From: Sphyrna mokarran
Taxonomy: Eukaryota
Direction: 5' to 3'
Length of the DNA: 64,000 nt
NCBI GenBank assembly: GCA_024679065.1
Contig: JAGIQG010000040.1
Location: 3,968,001 to 4,032,000, forward strand
The translations under genes and the position numbers were made by a program. Positions 49,425 to 62,919 of this stretch are shown piece by piece. The notes beneath the pieces are model-generated. The model ran no database searches. It was not told where the DNA came from and was given only the letters and a program-made list of their open reading frames with translations. Within the stretch, counting starts at the first letter, position 1; every line of letters begins with the position of its first letter.

Positions 49425-52400
49425 TGTAGGCCCGTTATTTAAGAAGGGTAGCAAGGATAACCTGGGTAATTATAAGCCAGTGATCTTGACGTCCGTGGAA
49501 GGGAAATTGGTGGGGAACATTCTTAAGATATGGGATATGTGCACATTTAGAATGGAATGCCATTAGCAATAGACAACATAGTTTTGTACGAGGGAGAACA
49601 TGTCTCACAAATTTGGTTGAGTATTTTGAGGAGGTGACAAAAACGATTGACGAGGGAAGGGCCGTGGCTGTAGTCTACATGGAATTTAGTAAAGGGTTTG
49701 ACCAGGTCCCTCATAGGCTGGTGCAAACGGTTAAATCTCACGGGATAAAAGGTGAGCTAGTCAGATGGGTGGAGAACTGACTTGGCCGTAGAAGACAGAG
49801 GATAGCAGTGGAGGGTTTTTTCTCCAGTTAGGGTCTGTGATTAGTGGTGTTCCATAGGGCTCTGTAATGGGACCTCTGCTGTTTGTGATATATATGTATG
49901 ATTTGGAAGAAGATGTAGCTGGTATGATCAGTAGGTTTGCGGACGACATAAAGACTGCTGCAGTTGTGAATAGTGATGAACATTGTCAGAGAATATGGCA
50001 GAATATAGATAGACAGGAAAACTGGACGGAGAAATGGCAGATGGAATTTAATCCAGATAAATGCGAAGTGATGTACTTGAGTTGATCTACTGTAGGGGGA
50101 GCTATACAATAAATGATAGAACTATCAGGAGCAGACACAGAAAGGGACCTGGGTATGCAAGTCCACACATCCCTAAGGTGACAGCACGGATGGAGAGAGT
50201 AGTGATGGAGGCATATAACATGCTTGCCTTTATTAGACGGGGCATAGAATATAAAAGTTGGCATATGTTGTTGCAGCTATACAGAACGTTGGTTAGGCCA
50301 CATTTAGAACATAGAACATAGAACATTACAGCGCAGAAAATGCCCTTCGGCCCTCGATGTTGCGCCGACAAATTAGGAACAAGCAGTGACCCTCTAACCT
50401 AAACCATTCCCTTTTCATCCATAAACTTATCTACTAACCTCTTAACCACCAAACTTGGCGCATCTACAACTGACGCAGGCAGGGCATTCCATACCCTTAC
50501 CACCCTCTGGGTAAAGAACCTACCTCTGACATCTGTCCTATAACTACCACCCCTTAATTTAAAGTTATGTCCCCTCGTGACAGCTTCCTCCATCCTAGGA
50601 AAAAGGCTATCACTGTCCACACTATCTAAACCTCTCATCATCTTATATGTTTCAATAAGGTCTCCTCTTAGCCGCCGTCTTTCTAACGAAAACAACCTCA
50701 AATCCCTCAGCCTCTCTTCATAAGACCTGCCCTCCATACCAGGCAACATCCTGGTAAACCTCCTCTGTACCCTCTCCAATGCCTCCACATCTTTCTTATA
50801 ATGCGGGGACCAGAACTGCACACAATACTCCAAGTGCGGCCGCACTAGAGTTTTGTACAGTTGCAACATGACGTTGCGGCTCCGAAATTCAATCCCCCTA
50901 CCAATAAAAGCTAAGACTCCATATGCCTTCTTAACAACCTTATCGACTTGATTGCCAACTTTCAGGGATCTATGCACATATACACCAAGATCCCTCTGTT
51001 CATCAACACTATTAAGAGTCCTACCATTAGCCCTATACTCTACACATTTGTTATTCCTGCCAAAGTGAATTACCTCACACTTTTCCACATTAAACTCCAT
51101 TTGCCACCTCTCGGCCCAGCTCTGCAACTTGTCCAAGTCTCTCTGCAAACTATAACACCCCTCTTCACTATCTACCACTCCTCCGACTTTGGTGTCATCC
51201 GCAAATTTACTAATCCATCCTTCAATACCCTCATCCAGATCATTTATAAAAATTACAAACAGCAGGGGCCCCAAAACAGATCCCTGAGGTACACCATAGT
51301 AACCGAACTCCACGATGAATATCTCCCATCAACCACCACCCTCTGTCTTCTATCTGCTAGCCAATTCCTAATCCAATTAGCTAAATCACCCTCAATCCCA
51401 TACATCTGCATTTTCTGCAGAAGCCTTCCATGGGCCACCTTATCGAACGCCTTACTAAAGTCCATATATACCACATCAACTGCCTTACCCCCATCCACCT
51501 CTTTGGTCACTTTTTCAAAAAACTCAATAAGGTTAGTAAGGCACGACCTACCCTTCACAAAACCATGCTGACTATCCCCAATCAATTCATTTCTCTCTAA
51601 ATAACTATAAATCCTATCCTAATAATTCTCTCCAATACTTTGCCCACAACAGAAGTAAGACTCACCGGCCTATAATTCCCCAGAAAGTCTCTCTTCCCCT
51701 TCTTGAACAATGGGACCACATTCGCTATCCTCCAGTCTTCCGGCACTATACCCGTAACCAACGACGACCTGAAGATCAGAGCCAGAGGCTCTGCAATCGC
51801 CTCTCTTGCCTCCCAGAGAATCCTAGGGTAAATCCCGTCCGGCCCAGGGGACTTATCTAACTTCAAATCCTCAAGAATATCTAGCACATCCTCCTTATCT
51901 ACTTCAATACTTTCCAGTTTGCAACCCTGTATCCCAGTGTTCTCCACAATTACATTTACATCTCCCTGCGTGAATACCGAAGAGAAATATTTGTTCAGTG
52001 CCTCTCCAATCTCTTCAGGCTCCACGCACAACTTCCCACTGCTGTCTATGACTGGCCCTAATCTTGCCCTAACCAATCTTCTATTCTTAACATATCTAAA
52101 GACGTCCAGTTCTGGTCGCTACACTACCAGAAGGACTTGGGGGCTTTGGAGAAAGTAGAGAAAAGATTTATCAGGATGTTACCTGGTATGGAGGGTCATA
52201 GCTATGAGGAAGGATTGGGTGAACTGGGGTTGTTCTCCTTGGAAAGACGGAGGATGAGGAGCGGCCTAATAGAGGTGTATAAAACTATGTAGGGCGTAAA
52301 TAGGGTGAACAGCGGGAAGCTTTTTTCCCAGGTCGGAAGTGACGAACACAATGAGTCACAAGTTCAAGGTGACGCGAGGGGGAGCAAGGTTCAACACAGA

Positions 52401-52626
52401 TGTCAGGGGGACGTATTTTACACAGAGGGTGGTGGGGACCTGGAATGCACTGCCAAGCAAGGTGGTTGAGGGGGACACGTTGAGATCGTTTAAGACTTAT
52501 CTCGGTAGCCACATCAACAGATTGCAAATAGAGGGAAACAAACGAATAATCTATTTGGGCACATGAGCGCGCAGGCTTGGAAGGCCGAAGGGCCTGTTCC
52601 TGTGCTGTATTGTTCTTTGTTCTTTG
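49425..52626 (+). mobile_element. Older CR1 (49425-50304 plus 52103-52626) split by a nested young CR1
   Basis: Host RT reads ...LYRTLVRPHL before the insertion and resumes at VQFWS after it. Confidence 0.85.
50305..52102 (-). mobile_element. Young CR1, 5'-truncated, nested in the older CR1
   Basis: ORFs 50399-51313, 51253-51585 and 51597-52076 are nearly identical to the element at 1-1726. Confidence 0.95.
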
Positions 52627-53665
52627 TCTGCAGGCATGAGCAAGATTTCCTTTGAGCGCAGCAGGATCAGCATTAGACAATGCCAGAATAAAACAAAATC
52701 ACTCCATGTAATACCATAGGAGAAATCTAAAAAAACTGACTCATCCTTCTATATTATCATTTGACGACAGTAACTAAGCGACAGAATTTTCATGACTCAG
52801 ATCTGAAATGCATATACAAATCAGAATTAACCATATTGGGTTGTTTTAAACTCTTAAACATAATTTGGAAATTAGATTACTTCACAATTACCTGCCCGAA
52901 ATCCTCCTTCTGCCTCCTCACTCCCATACAATAAGTCGCTGCCATGTAACATTGTCACTGGCCGCTCTGTAAAAGAAATGTTGAAGCCAGAAACATTTCG
53001 TACGAATCCGCATTCTCACTAATCTGCTATAATGTGATCGGATCTTATCATCTCACTTACATGTGTATCCTGTCGTGTTTTAGTCCTATGGGTGCATATA
53101 TCGTTTTCAGTGAGTAGAAAAATCCCAAGCTGGATTATATTCAGTGCATTTATTAGGAATGTTGTTGTATTGTTAGGGACAGGGGTGGAATTGAAGTTAC
53201 TAGTCCGGTTGTTGCAAAGTTGCGAATTACATCAGAAAAACATTTGACAGCCCCATTCAAAATAAGAACGAACATTGCCGGTACCTTGTTCACAGGGACT
53301 GTTTAAATAATTCTACGTCAACTTTGTACAATGTATATTTTATATAATTCTCCCTGAGCCAGTAAAACACTCTGATCAAATAAACTTTTGATCAAACTGA
53401 CCACGAATGAAGATGGTGAATAATTCACACGTGGAATGAAATATTAGCAAAAGACTAAGGGTGAGTTAACTAGGCACAAATGCATTTTTAGCATAGTTAC
53501 AAGTTAAAAGCCAACTACGGCTCAGCTGTTCACGTTGAGTGTTACTGTTTTGTTTTGATGTTTTGTTTATGATCCGGTGACACTCAGTATTCAGACTGAA
53601 TTGTTGTTTCTGTTTCTCAGTGTGAGCGCGCCCTCTGCGGACAACTAACTGAACTTCCGGTCTGG

Positions 53666-54237
53666 GGGTTTTGTATAGGGTTTACTGTATCTATGCACCA
53701 GTGTGTGCTCCATGGCACAGAAATACATGACGCTGTTAGATAGAAGAGCCCTGGCGATATTTAAATGAACAGTGTTATTCCCTTTATGTAAAGCAGCCGA
53801 GAATCTATTTGGGAAATCTGGAGAATATCGGTGTTGTCTGGTATCTTCATCAAATATCTCGGAGCTTGCCCGGGATACTGGATGTACCACAACAGGGTTC
53901 GAAGAGAAGGTGCTGAGTATTTACAGACCAGTGTTATGTCCTGTTCTTCCAGAAACGATAATTCAGATCGATTTTGAAACTCTGAATCTTCAGCTTTTGT
54001 CCCTGTAACAAAACACAGAAGTTATTCAATGTCTGGGAGTGAACATAGCCCATGGGACAGACACTGATGATTTAAACATTGGCTCAAAGTCAGTGCTGGA
54101 AATTTTCAGCAAATCTGACAATATGTGCGAGAGGAGAACAGAGATAACGTTTCGACTCAGGATGATACTTTGTCAGAGCTTATTGACTCACCGGGCTGCA
54201 AGACTATTATTACCAGCAACCAAAATAAGGAGCGCAT
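53666..54237 (-). pseudogene. TCR alpha/delta V pseudogene (leader 54192-54237, V exon about 53706-54002, degenerate RSS 53666-53705)
   Basis: Leader MRSLFWLLVIIVLQP G|GTGAGT; ITLVCKYS...LLWYIQYPGQAPRYLM, then a frameshift to YSPDFPNRFSA...VMYFCAME; nonamer ACAAAACCC with a non-consensus heptamer and spacer. Confidence 0.85.
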
Positions 54238-54619
54238 GGTGTCTGGTTTAGGATTCGGCAGAAATGAGACAATGTTTGAAATATGTTGAAATTTCTGTTC
54301 TGACTTTAAATTGGAAATTCATATCAACGGAAACTTCACTTATTCAGAAACTGAGGAGCGTTTTCCAGCGAAAGATTGGTTGCTCCCTTAGAACTTATGG
54401 TCGTCAGGCACCAATCAGTGTTAGCTCTGGACTAATATATTCTAAACTTCTCTTTCTCCCTGCATTTCCTCTACGTTCTTCCCTTTCTGCTCTTTTCCCT
54501 GAATTTCAGAGTATTGGAAATCCGACTTCTCCCAGGTTCCCATTTCAACGAGTCCGAAAAATTACTCATTATATTGGAGAAGCAATAATAGATAAAGTGT
54601 AATAAAATATAATAACTGA

Positions 54620-55760
54620 TGTTAGCAGGGAAGAAACTGTTCTTGAGTCGGTTTGCACGTGACCTCAGACTTTCCCCGACGGAAGAAGGTGGAAGACAGT
54701 ATGTCCGCCGTGCGTGGGATCTTTAATTAATTTGTCCAAGCAGCGGGAAGTGTAGACAGTGTCAATGGATGGAAGGCGGGATTGCATGATGGACTGGGCT
54801 ACATTGCTTCTTTACATTCCATGGCAGAGTATGAGCCATACCAAGCTGTGATACAACCAGACAGAATGCTTTCTCTGGTGCATCTGTAAAATTTGGTGAG
54901 AGTCGTAGCTGACATGCCAAATTTCCTCCGAATTCTGAGAATGTACAGGCGTTGGTGGGCTTTCTTAACTATAATGTAAGCAAAGCAGGACCACGGCAGG
55001 TTGTTGGTGATCTGGACATCTTAAAACTTAAGCTGTGAACTTTTTCTACTTCGTCTCCGTTGATGTAGCCAGGGGCATGTTTTCCTCGACTGTTCTGAAG
55101 TCGATGACAATTTCCTTCGTTCTGTTGACATTGAGGAAGAGATTATTGTTGCCGCACCAGTTCACCAGATTCTCTATCTCATTCCTGTGCTCTGTCTCGT
55201 TAACTCTTGAAATCAGATCCACTACGATGGTGTCGTCAGCAATTTGAAAATCAAGTTGGAGGGGAATTTGGTCACATAGTCATAGGTATATTAGGAGCGT
55301 ATAGGGAGCTGAGAACACAGCCTTGTGGGGCTCCAATGTGGAGGATGATAGTCGACGAGCTATTGCCGCAGAGGGAGGAGCCAAACCCCAAGCCACAGAG
55401 TTTGGAGATGAGTTTTGGAGGAACAATGGTGTTAAAGGCTGAGCTGTAGTCAATAAATAAGAGTCTGGCATAAGTGACATAGTTTATCCAAAGATAAACT
55501 TTGTTATCTAGATATTTCAGGATTGAGTGCAGGGCCAGGGAAATGGTGTCTGCTGTGGGCCTGTTTCACCTGTAGGCGAACAGTGGTAGATCCAGGCAGA
55601 ATTGATTCGCGCCAGCCATTCGAAGCACTTCATAATGCTGGATGACAGAGCTAATGGTCGATAGTCATTAAGGCACGCTGCTTGGTTTCCTTTGGTACTG
55701 GGATTATGGTTGTCTTCTTGAAGCAGATAGGGAAATCAGATTGTTGTAAAGAGAGGTCAA
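54620..55760 (-). mobile_element. Rex1/Babar-like LINE fragment
   Basis: Homologous to 14040-14650 and extends into RT ([13 protein letters not shown] motifs on the minus strand). Confidence 0.75.
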
Positions 55761-56297
55761 ATTCCTCCATTTGACTGAAAAGCTGACCGTTGTGAATCTG
55801 GAAATGAGCATCATGGGATTTGTGTTATGCAGTGACTTGTCTCCGCGGTTAGCCCTCAGGTTTGTAATTTCATTTGTGTTGTATATTGAAGCGAATCTTA
55901 TGTCAAAATGAGGAGAATAAAACAAGGAAAAAATTAAATCTTGGAATAAATCCTGAGGGAAATGGATCACAATATTTCGATGGAGGTGCAGCTGTGAATG
56001 GCGTTATTGATGATTGAGTGGTAAATATTGGATCGTTGGGCTACTGGTGGTCAGTTCCCATCCTTCCCGTTGAATTCTTCTCTGTGATAAAAGACATGGA
56101 TTCATGTTACCTGCACGTTCATAGGAGAAAGGGAATAACCAACGCACTAAAGCAGTGCTGCCGGATCAACGCAACGGAAGAGACTTGCATAGAATTGTAA
56201 ACAGAGCGGTCATGCTGCAGTTCTGGAACAGATTTTGCAGAAATAGAATTGTGGTCATTGACACACTAATTTAGAAGATATTTAACAGCTGCTGTCA

Positions 56298-56318
56298 GTC
56301 TCTGTGGTGCAATTGGTC

Positions 56319-56354
<36 letters not shown>

Positions 56355-56371
56355 GAACCCACCCAGGGGTG
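56298..56371 (+). tRNA. tRNA-Asn(GTT), near intact with G-U pairs in the acceptor stem
   Basis: GTCTCTGTGGTGCAATTGGTCAGCGCGTTCGGCTGTTAACCGAAAGGTTGGTGGTTCGAACCCACCCAGGGGTG; TTTT runs downstream. Confidence 0.8.
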
Positions 56372-57667
56372 GGATTTTACTATTTTCTCACCATCAGCAT
56401 TCAAAGGCAAACAGTTGCGGGTTGTCAATGGGTCTGTGGGCGTCAATAAAAAATTGCTCTCAATTGTTACCAGCTGTACTGTTATCAAATGTTACCAACA
56501 TTATTTAATGATGAACGACTTCAAACATGTTACATATAACATTATATACATGCTTCCGTTATACCATTAACTTTTAAAAAAGTACAATCAAAACATGAAC
56601 TTGTGGCTGAGCATTTGTTCCAATTCTATGTCCCTGTTTTCATTCATTCCTGGATAGATCCAAACCTGTCTAAACAAAACTGAATTGTCTTCAATGATGG
56701 AGAATCTACAATCCTCTGGCGTAGAGAATTCCGAAGATTCACGAGCCTTTGAATGAAGCAATTTCTCCACATTGCAGTCCTAAATCATCAGCGTCTTATC
56801 CTGAGATTGTGCCCCCGTGTTTCAGATTCCCGGATCAGGAAAAATAATGTCTCAGCTTTTCAATGCTATCTATTCTTTCTCGCTAAAGCTGTTGAGATTT
56901 TCCAGCATTTTCAGCTTTTGTTTCAGATTCCAGCGTTATCAGATTTTATTCTGTCTAAAATACGGGCATCTAAATTGCACACACCATTCCAAATGTGGTC
57001 TCAACAAAACCCTGAATTACTGTATCAAGTCGTCAAACACTTCAAAACTTAACTTTGTGATCAAAGCTGGAAGGAGAACATGACAGTGGGTAATTCGCAC
57101 AGAGTCACATTCCTGCAATCAGTAACTGGATCAGGAAGATGGGATATCTGTGTCTCTTTGTATTGTCATTTTTAAATTCCATCTCCCCTCAATGCCGTGT
57201 ATCGCACATGCGCTTTCCCTGCTTCCCAAGTAAGCTCCTGTTCACCAACCGTCTGTGTCTGTGTCAAGCAGCTAATTGGCCCTGGGAGCTGAACAGCCAG
57301 AGGGAGCTGGAAGAGAGGTAGCAGCAAAATCAGGAAGAAAAGTTTCGTAAATGATTTGTGCCCGTTGCCCTCCGTAATCAATGCCTGCCGTGTGTTACCT
57401 TGTAAGCGTCACAGAAGCCACAGTGATGAATTTGGTGGGTTTCGGAAATTGAATGTGTCACGTGCAGGACTATTTCACCTCACTGTCCATTTCATGTTCC
57501 GGCCAACAGGAATCGCTGTTTACATTGGCTGATTCAGTCACTTGTGTGCAATCTAAACATGACAATCTGAAGGAGAAACTTGCCTTTGGCGAAAACAAAA
57601 TTTGAAATAGAAATAGAAATCAGATGGTCCATGGCTAAATTATTTTTAAAAAGAACTTCCACCCACT

Positions 57668-57731
57668 TCCCTGCTGGTTTAGTGGCCTGAATTCGGCGTT
57701 CTCGCGATGGGTTCGATTCCCTTCCAAGGAG
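57668..57731 (+). pseudogene. tRNA-Glu(CTC) pseudogene
   Basis: TCCCTGCTGGTTTAGTGG...ATTCGGCGTTCTC...GGGTTCGATTCCC with an internal deletion. Confidence 0.6.
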
Positions 57732-58329
57732 TTAAGTTTTGTTGCTATTTAACATCTCTGCGTTGCTTCCCGGTCAGCGTCAGTTCTGTCGGAATCAGCA
57801 TAAGGGAGATTTCCTCTTTTGCGTCTGAAAAAGCAAAGTCCCATTTCTTAAACAAAGAAACAGTGAGCGACAGGCTGCAAAGCGCTAACAATAGAAATGT
57901 TGATGTGGCGTAAAATCTGACTGATAATGGGGTAGAATTTATTGTTTTTATTGACACAAATATCTCGTAGATTTGGGTCCAAATCTCGGCTTCAATGACA
58001 AGAAAACTTATAATTGAATTAAACAGTGAACTCTCCGACATCCAGTGAAATGGAGACAGTTTTCGCTCAGAAACCAATAACTATGAGATTAACAATGTGG
58101 GTGGAGAAAGACTCAATTTGAGTGGTGACATTATGGGAGGAATGGAGAGCTGGAGTTCACCCAGAAAAGCAGCAAAGTTTAAAAGCGACAGCGCCCAACT
58201 TGGAACGGTCCATTAATGGTGATAATTTAATGTTGTTCATCAGAATTACCATAAGATGGATTATTACAGGCTGATAGTAACATTGTTCTTTAAATGCAGT
58301 GGGCTGCAGCAAAATTGAATGCAGTTGAA

Positions 58330-58630
58330 AGAGTAGCACGGTAGCACAGCGATTAGCACTGATACCTCACCGCGGCAGGGACTCAGGTTAAATTTGTCGG
58401 GTCACCCTCTGTGCACAGTTTGCACGTTCTCGCTGTGTCTGAGTTAGTTTCTTCCTGGTACTCCCGTTTCCGTTCCAAAGATGCGTGGGTTAGGTTGTTT
58501 GTCCATGCTAAATTGACCCAAATACTATCCGGAATAACAGAGAAAATATGTGGGTTTACGGGAATAGGGCGTGGGTGGGATTGTTATCGATGCAGGCTCG
58601 ATGGACCGAACGGCCTCCTTTTGGTGGAAT
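58330..58630 (+). mobile_element. HE1-like SINE
   Basis: GCACGGTAGCACAG head, core and tail. Confidence 0.75.
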
Positions 58631-58800
58631 CAAAAGAGGCAATGCAAATATAAATTGTTGTGGGTAATTGACGGGATTATAGAACGTATTTTTTTCTCTC
58701 TCTGCTCTTCAAACTGGCAGCAATATCACTCATGTTTCCGATCAGGAAGTAATTCCAACTCCACTTAAGCCATATGCTGCAACAAAGCAATAAATGTTAT

Positions 58801-58865
58801 TTCCCTGACCGGGAATCGAACGGCTTCATAAAAGCGCCGATTAAAAACCACCGATCACCACGGAA
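58801..58865 (-). pseudogene. tRNA-Glu pseudogene
   Basis: Minus-strand 3' end GTTCGATTCCCGGTCAGGGAA matches vertebrate tRNA-Glu; the remainder is decayed. Confidence 0.6.
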
Positions 58866-59152
58866 ACTGCTTGCAAGAATTTTAATCTAATCTATCCACG
58901 CGAATTTGGCGTAGTGTTTCTATTTCAGCAGCGTTTTTTTTCTGTATGCTAGGTGCACGTCTATCTATAAATCCCTCTTGATATAAAGAAATGTACTGCA
59001 GATTTGGAATCAAAGACAAGGTTAGAAAATGCTGGAAAATCTCAACAGGTCTGAAAGCACCTGTGAACAGTGAATAGGAGATTAGGTTCGATGTCTGGAT
59101 GACCGTTCGCCAGAGCTGAAGCCAAAGAAATTAGGACGATATTTATAATACT

Positions 59153-60323
59153 TAGAACATAGAACATAGAACACTACAGCACAAACAGGCCCTTCGGCCC
59201 ACAAGTTGTGCCAAACACATCAAAACCTACCCAGCCATAGACCTATCTATAACCCCCAATCCCATTGGATCCCATATACTCATCCAGAAGTCTTTTAAAA
59301 GACCCCCGCGAGTTCGCCTCGACCACCACCGACGGCAGCCGATTCCATTCACTCACCACCCTCTGAGTGAAAAACTTTCCCCTAGCATCCCCTCTGTACT
59401 TGCTTCCCTGCACCTTAAATCTGTGCCCTCTCGTCGCGACCATTTCAGCCCTGGGAAATAGTCTCTGAGAGTCCACCCTATCTATTCCTCTCAACATCTT
59501 GTAAACCTCTACCAGGTCGCCTCTCAACCTTCGTCTCTCCAGGGAGAACAGTCCCAGCTCCCTCAACCTGTCTTCATAAGGCATGCCTCCCAATCCAGGC
59601 AACATCCTTGTAAATCTCCTCTGCACCCTTTCAATAGCTTCCACGTCCTTCCTATAGTGAGGCGACCAGAACTGCGCACAGTACTCCAAGTGTGGTCTGA
59701 CAAGGGTCCTATAAAGCTGCAGCATTACCTCCTGACTCCTGAACTCAATCCCTCGATGAATGAAGGCCAGTACACCGTAAGCTTTCTTAACCACATCCTC
59801 CACCTGGGAGGCCGATTTGAGAGTCTTATGGACCCGGACCCCAAGATCCCTCTGCTCTTCCACACAACTAAGACTCCTACCTTTGATAGTGTACTCATTC
59901 ATCCCGTTGGATCTGCCAAAATGGACCACAACACGTTTATCCGCGTTGAAGTCCATCTGCCACTTCTCCGCCCAGTCTTGCATCCTGTCGATGTCATGCT
60001 GCAACTTCTGACATCCCTCCAGACCATCCACAACACCACCGACCTTCGTGTCATCGGCGAACTTACTCACCCATCCCTCCACTTCCTCATCCAGGTCATT
60101 TATGAAAATGACAAACAGCAAGGGTCCTAGAACAGATCCCTGGGGCACTCCACTGGTGACCGACCTCCATGCAGAAAAAGAGCCATCCACAACCACCCTC
60201 TGCCTTCTGCAGGCAAGCCAGTTCTGGATCCACAAGGCCAAAGCCCCTTGGATCCCATGGCCTCTCACCTTCTCAAGAAGTCTTGCATGTGGGACCTTGT
60301 CAAATGCCTTGCTGAAGTCCATA
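59153..60323 (-). mobile_element. Second young CR1 family, 5'-truncated, open RT frame
   Basis: ORF 59243-60385 from MDFSKAFDKVPH to the C-terminus without stops; (AGAACAT)n tail. Confidence 0.95.
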
Positions 60324-60409
60324 CTTGCGAGGGATGTGACTGTGGAGTGGGTTACAAAGGTGTCAACATAGAAATACCAAAACAAGGCGAATTTAAATTG
60401 TGATCAAAT

Positions 60410-60712
60410 ACAGTGGAGTTTAAACTAGAGGGCATCTTTTTAAGGTAAGAAGGAAGAGATTTAAAAGAGTTTAGAGGGGCATTTTGTTCATAAAATTGGT
60501 CGTGAGTGTCTGGAACAAGCTGACAGAAATAGTAGTAGAGGCGGGTACAATTTTGTCTTAAATAAACGCTTAGACAATGACATGAATAAGAGGGTTATGG
60601 ACCAAACGTGGGCAATTGGGACTAGTTTAATTAGTTTAAAAAGGACGGCATGGACATGATCGGCCGAAGAGCATGCTTCCATTCTATAAACCTCTGTAAC
60701 TCTATGACTCTG
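60410..60712 (+). mobile_element. CR1 3' fragment
   Basis: ACTAGAGGGCATC...AAGGTAAGA; CTCTATGACTCT tail. Confidence 0.7.
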
Positions 60713-62919
60713 TTTCATCCTCCTGATTCTCCCAGATGCTGATTACAAATGAGTAAGCCTTCGATTTAAATGGATGAAGAAGTTCCATTGGCTGAGAAAC
60801 CTATCAGCAATTATTATTGATGCATGTTGACTGAACGTAATTTGTTTTTAAACTAATATGAGGCAGGAATGGTCGATAAGAAAATCTGTAATTGATCTGC
60901 TATTGATTGTACACATTAGATTCATTGGAAAGGTCCTTTATTCCAGAACTACATAACTCTTTTTGTCAACTCCGAGCAGCTGCTTGCTATATTTATGTTT
61001 TAAATAAATGTTCCGCCCTTACACAGAGATATCTGCCTCATGAGTTTTATATTCTCTGTAGTTAAAGGCAGTATTGGTCATCTCAAGTTATCCCATAACA
61101 CTAGCCATAATTTGGAAATTTGTAATCAATTGTGTACCTATGTGAAATACACATCATTCTCTTGGTTTCACCTCATGGTTTGCACCTCTGTTCTGCATGT
61201 GTTTTCTAACTCGCCTGTAGCATGCCTGCCTTGTAAGTATTTCATCGGACGAAATATAGAGATTCACACTGTAAACCCATGCTACAGCGACTCTGATAGC
61301 TTTTTTAAGGGGCAGTGTAAAGGAAACTGTCTTCTGTCGCACACTACCCTGCATCGGCCTCTGATGAAGCAAAGCCTTTGCTGTTTAGAATTACCTGAAA
61401 GTCGATCAGCGACAGATCAGTTTATGAATGAAATCACCGAGGTTCTCCTTATTGTTCACTCAATCTGTCTCTGGATTTTTTTCATGAAAAGGCTGAGATG
61501 AAGGTGTCTTTACACAAATTGGCCACTGAGTGGCGTAGTGACTCTTTCGCTGAGCGGCCTTGAGTTCAACCACGTCCCACACATGACTGGGGAAACATGC
61601 CCGTCCGGGAAATGGGGGAAACTCTGTAATAAGGAAAATGGAGCGAAGCTGATGGGTTTTGGAGAACGGAATTAAGCCACGCCAGAGATGTTTGAAGTTT
61701 CGTTCAATATTTATTTTTTTTAAAAAATCAGAAAATATTTTACAGCGAAATTATTTTTTAAAGTTAGAAAAGTGACATAACGATCGAGCTTCACATTGAG
61801 AACGTAACACGTACAGGAAATCCGTCAATATTTGTACATCTGTTACACACACCAGAAAGAGAAAACAGGGCCTTATTAGAAAGAGGAATTAACAAATGTG
61901 AATCAGGAATGATAAAAGTTTCTTATTAATACATAATATTTAAACTAGGGGGAAACTATTAACTACAATTAACGTTATAACAAAAAATGCCTTCTACATT
62001 TCACACTGAAAACTGAAATAACATCTGTAATACATCAGTTACAAATTCAGAACTATAAACTGAGAAAATTTTACTGATAGAGTCACTAAGAGCAGATACT
62101 GTATTTGTGTCATTCGGAGATTTTGATAATCAGATGTGGTAAATCTACAGCTTCCAGAATTCAACTCATTGCTTGATTCGTAAAAGAAAGGTACAATAAT
62201 GAAGTAGATGTCGATGATGCGGGACATTAATGTTAAAGTTTTTAATCAGTGAAACATTGAGAGATTTTCAAATCCATTCTGCCAGTTTGAAATGTGAGTG
62301 GATCGAATCATCTCACCTTCACCAGAGTGACTGCGGTGCTGTAGAAAATGCTCAGGAAGAACAGGAAGATGAATGTGGAAGCTGTTGTCCAGCTGTTGCT
62401 GTTATCATCCTCATTGTCGTTAATCCAGCTGGGGTCGGTGGAGTCTGCAGAAGGGAGGCCAGGAAATGAAATTAGATTACTTTATTTATCCATGGAATCT
62501 TACTGTTATTTTTCTTTCCCCGTTCTTCTACATGAGCAGTTAATTCATTATCTTGTATAATTTTCAATGTATATCTACTGTTAAATTCAGGACACTCAGT
62601 AACCGATCTCCGCAAATATTTTCGCACCTGATCTTTATTTGCATTCCTTGGACAGTCCATGTCAGAAGCATTGAAGATATTTTCTTGAGTGTCTGTTCAT
62701 TTTTGAATTGTTTGTCACTATCCCTTATTGAAGAACGTTATGATTGATCACGTTCACTGATCAATGATTGTTTTCACAGATGGTTACTGATCTGTAAACT
62801 GTGAATCCTGCTGTTTAAGAGCTGGAATGCAATTTCTGATCTTTTCTCATTGATAGTGGAAATAGTTAGTAGATCATTGGCTTGAATTCAGTTTCTCAAC
62901 ATATTTATCGGTGCAATTT

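Noticed and set aside
50948-51571. Long antisense ORFs over CR1 (also 749-1063, 18780-19130, 59657-60130)
   Set aside because: Shadow frames of CR1 RT that recur only because the element recurs
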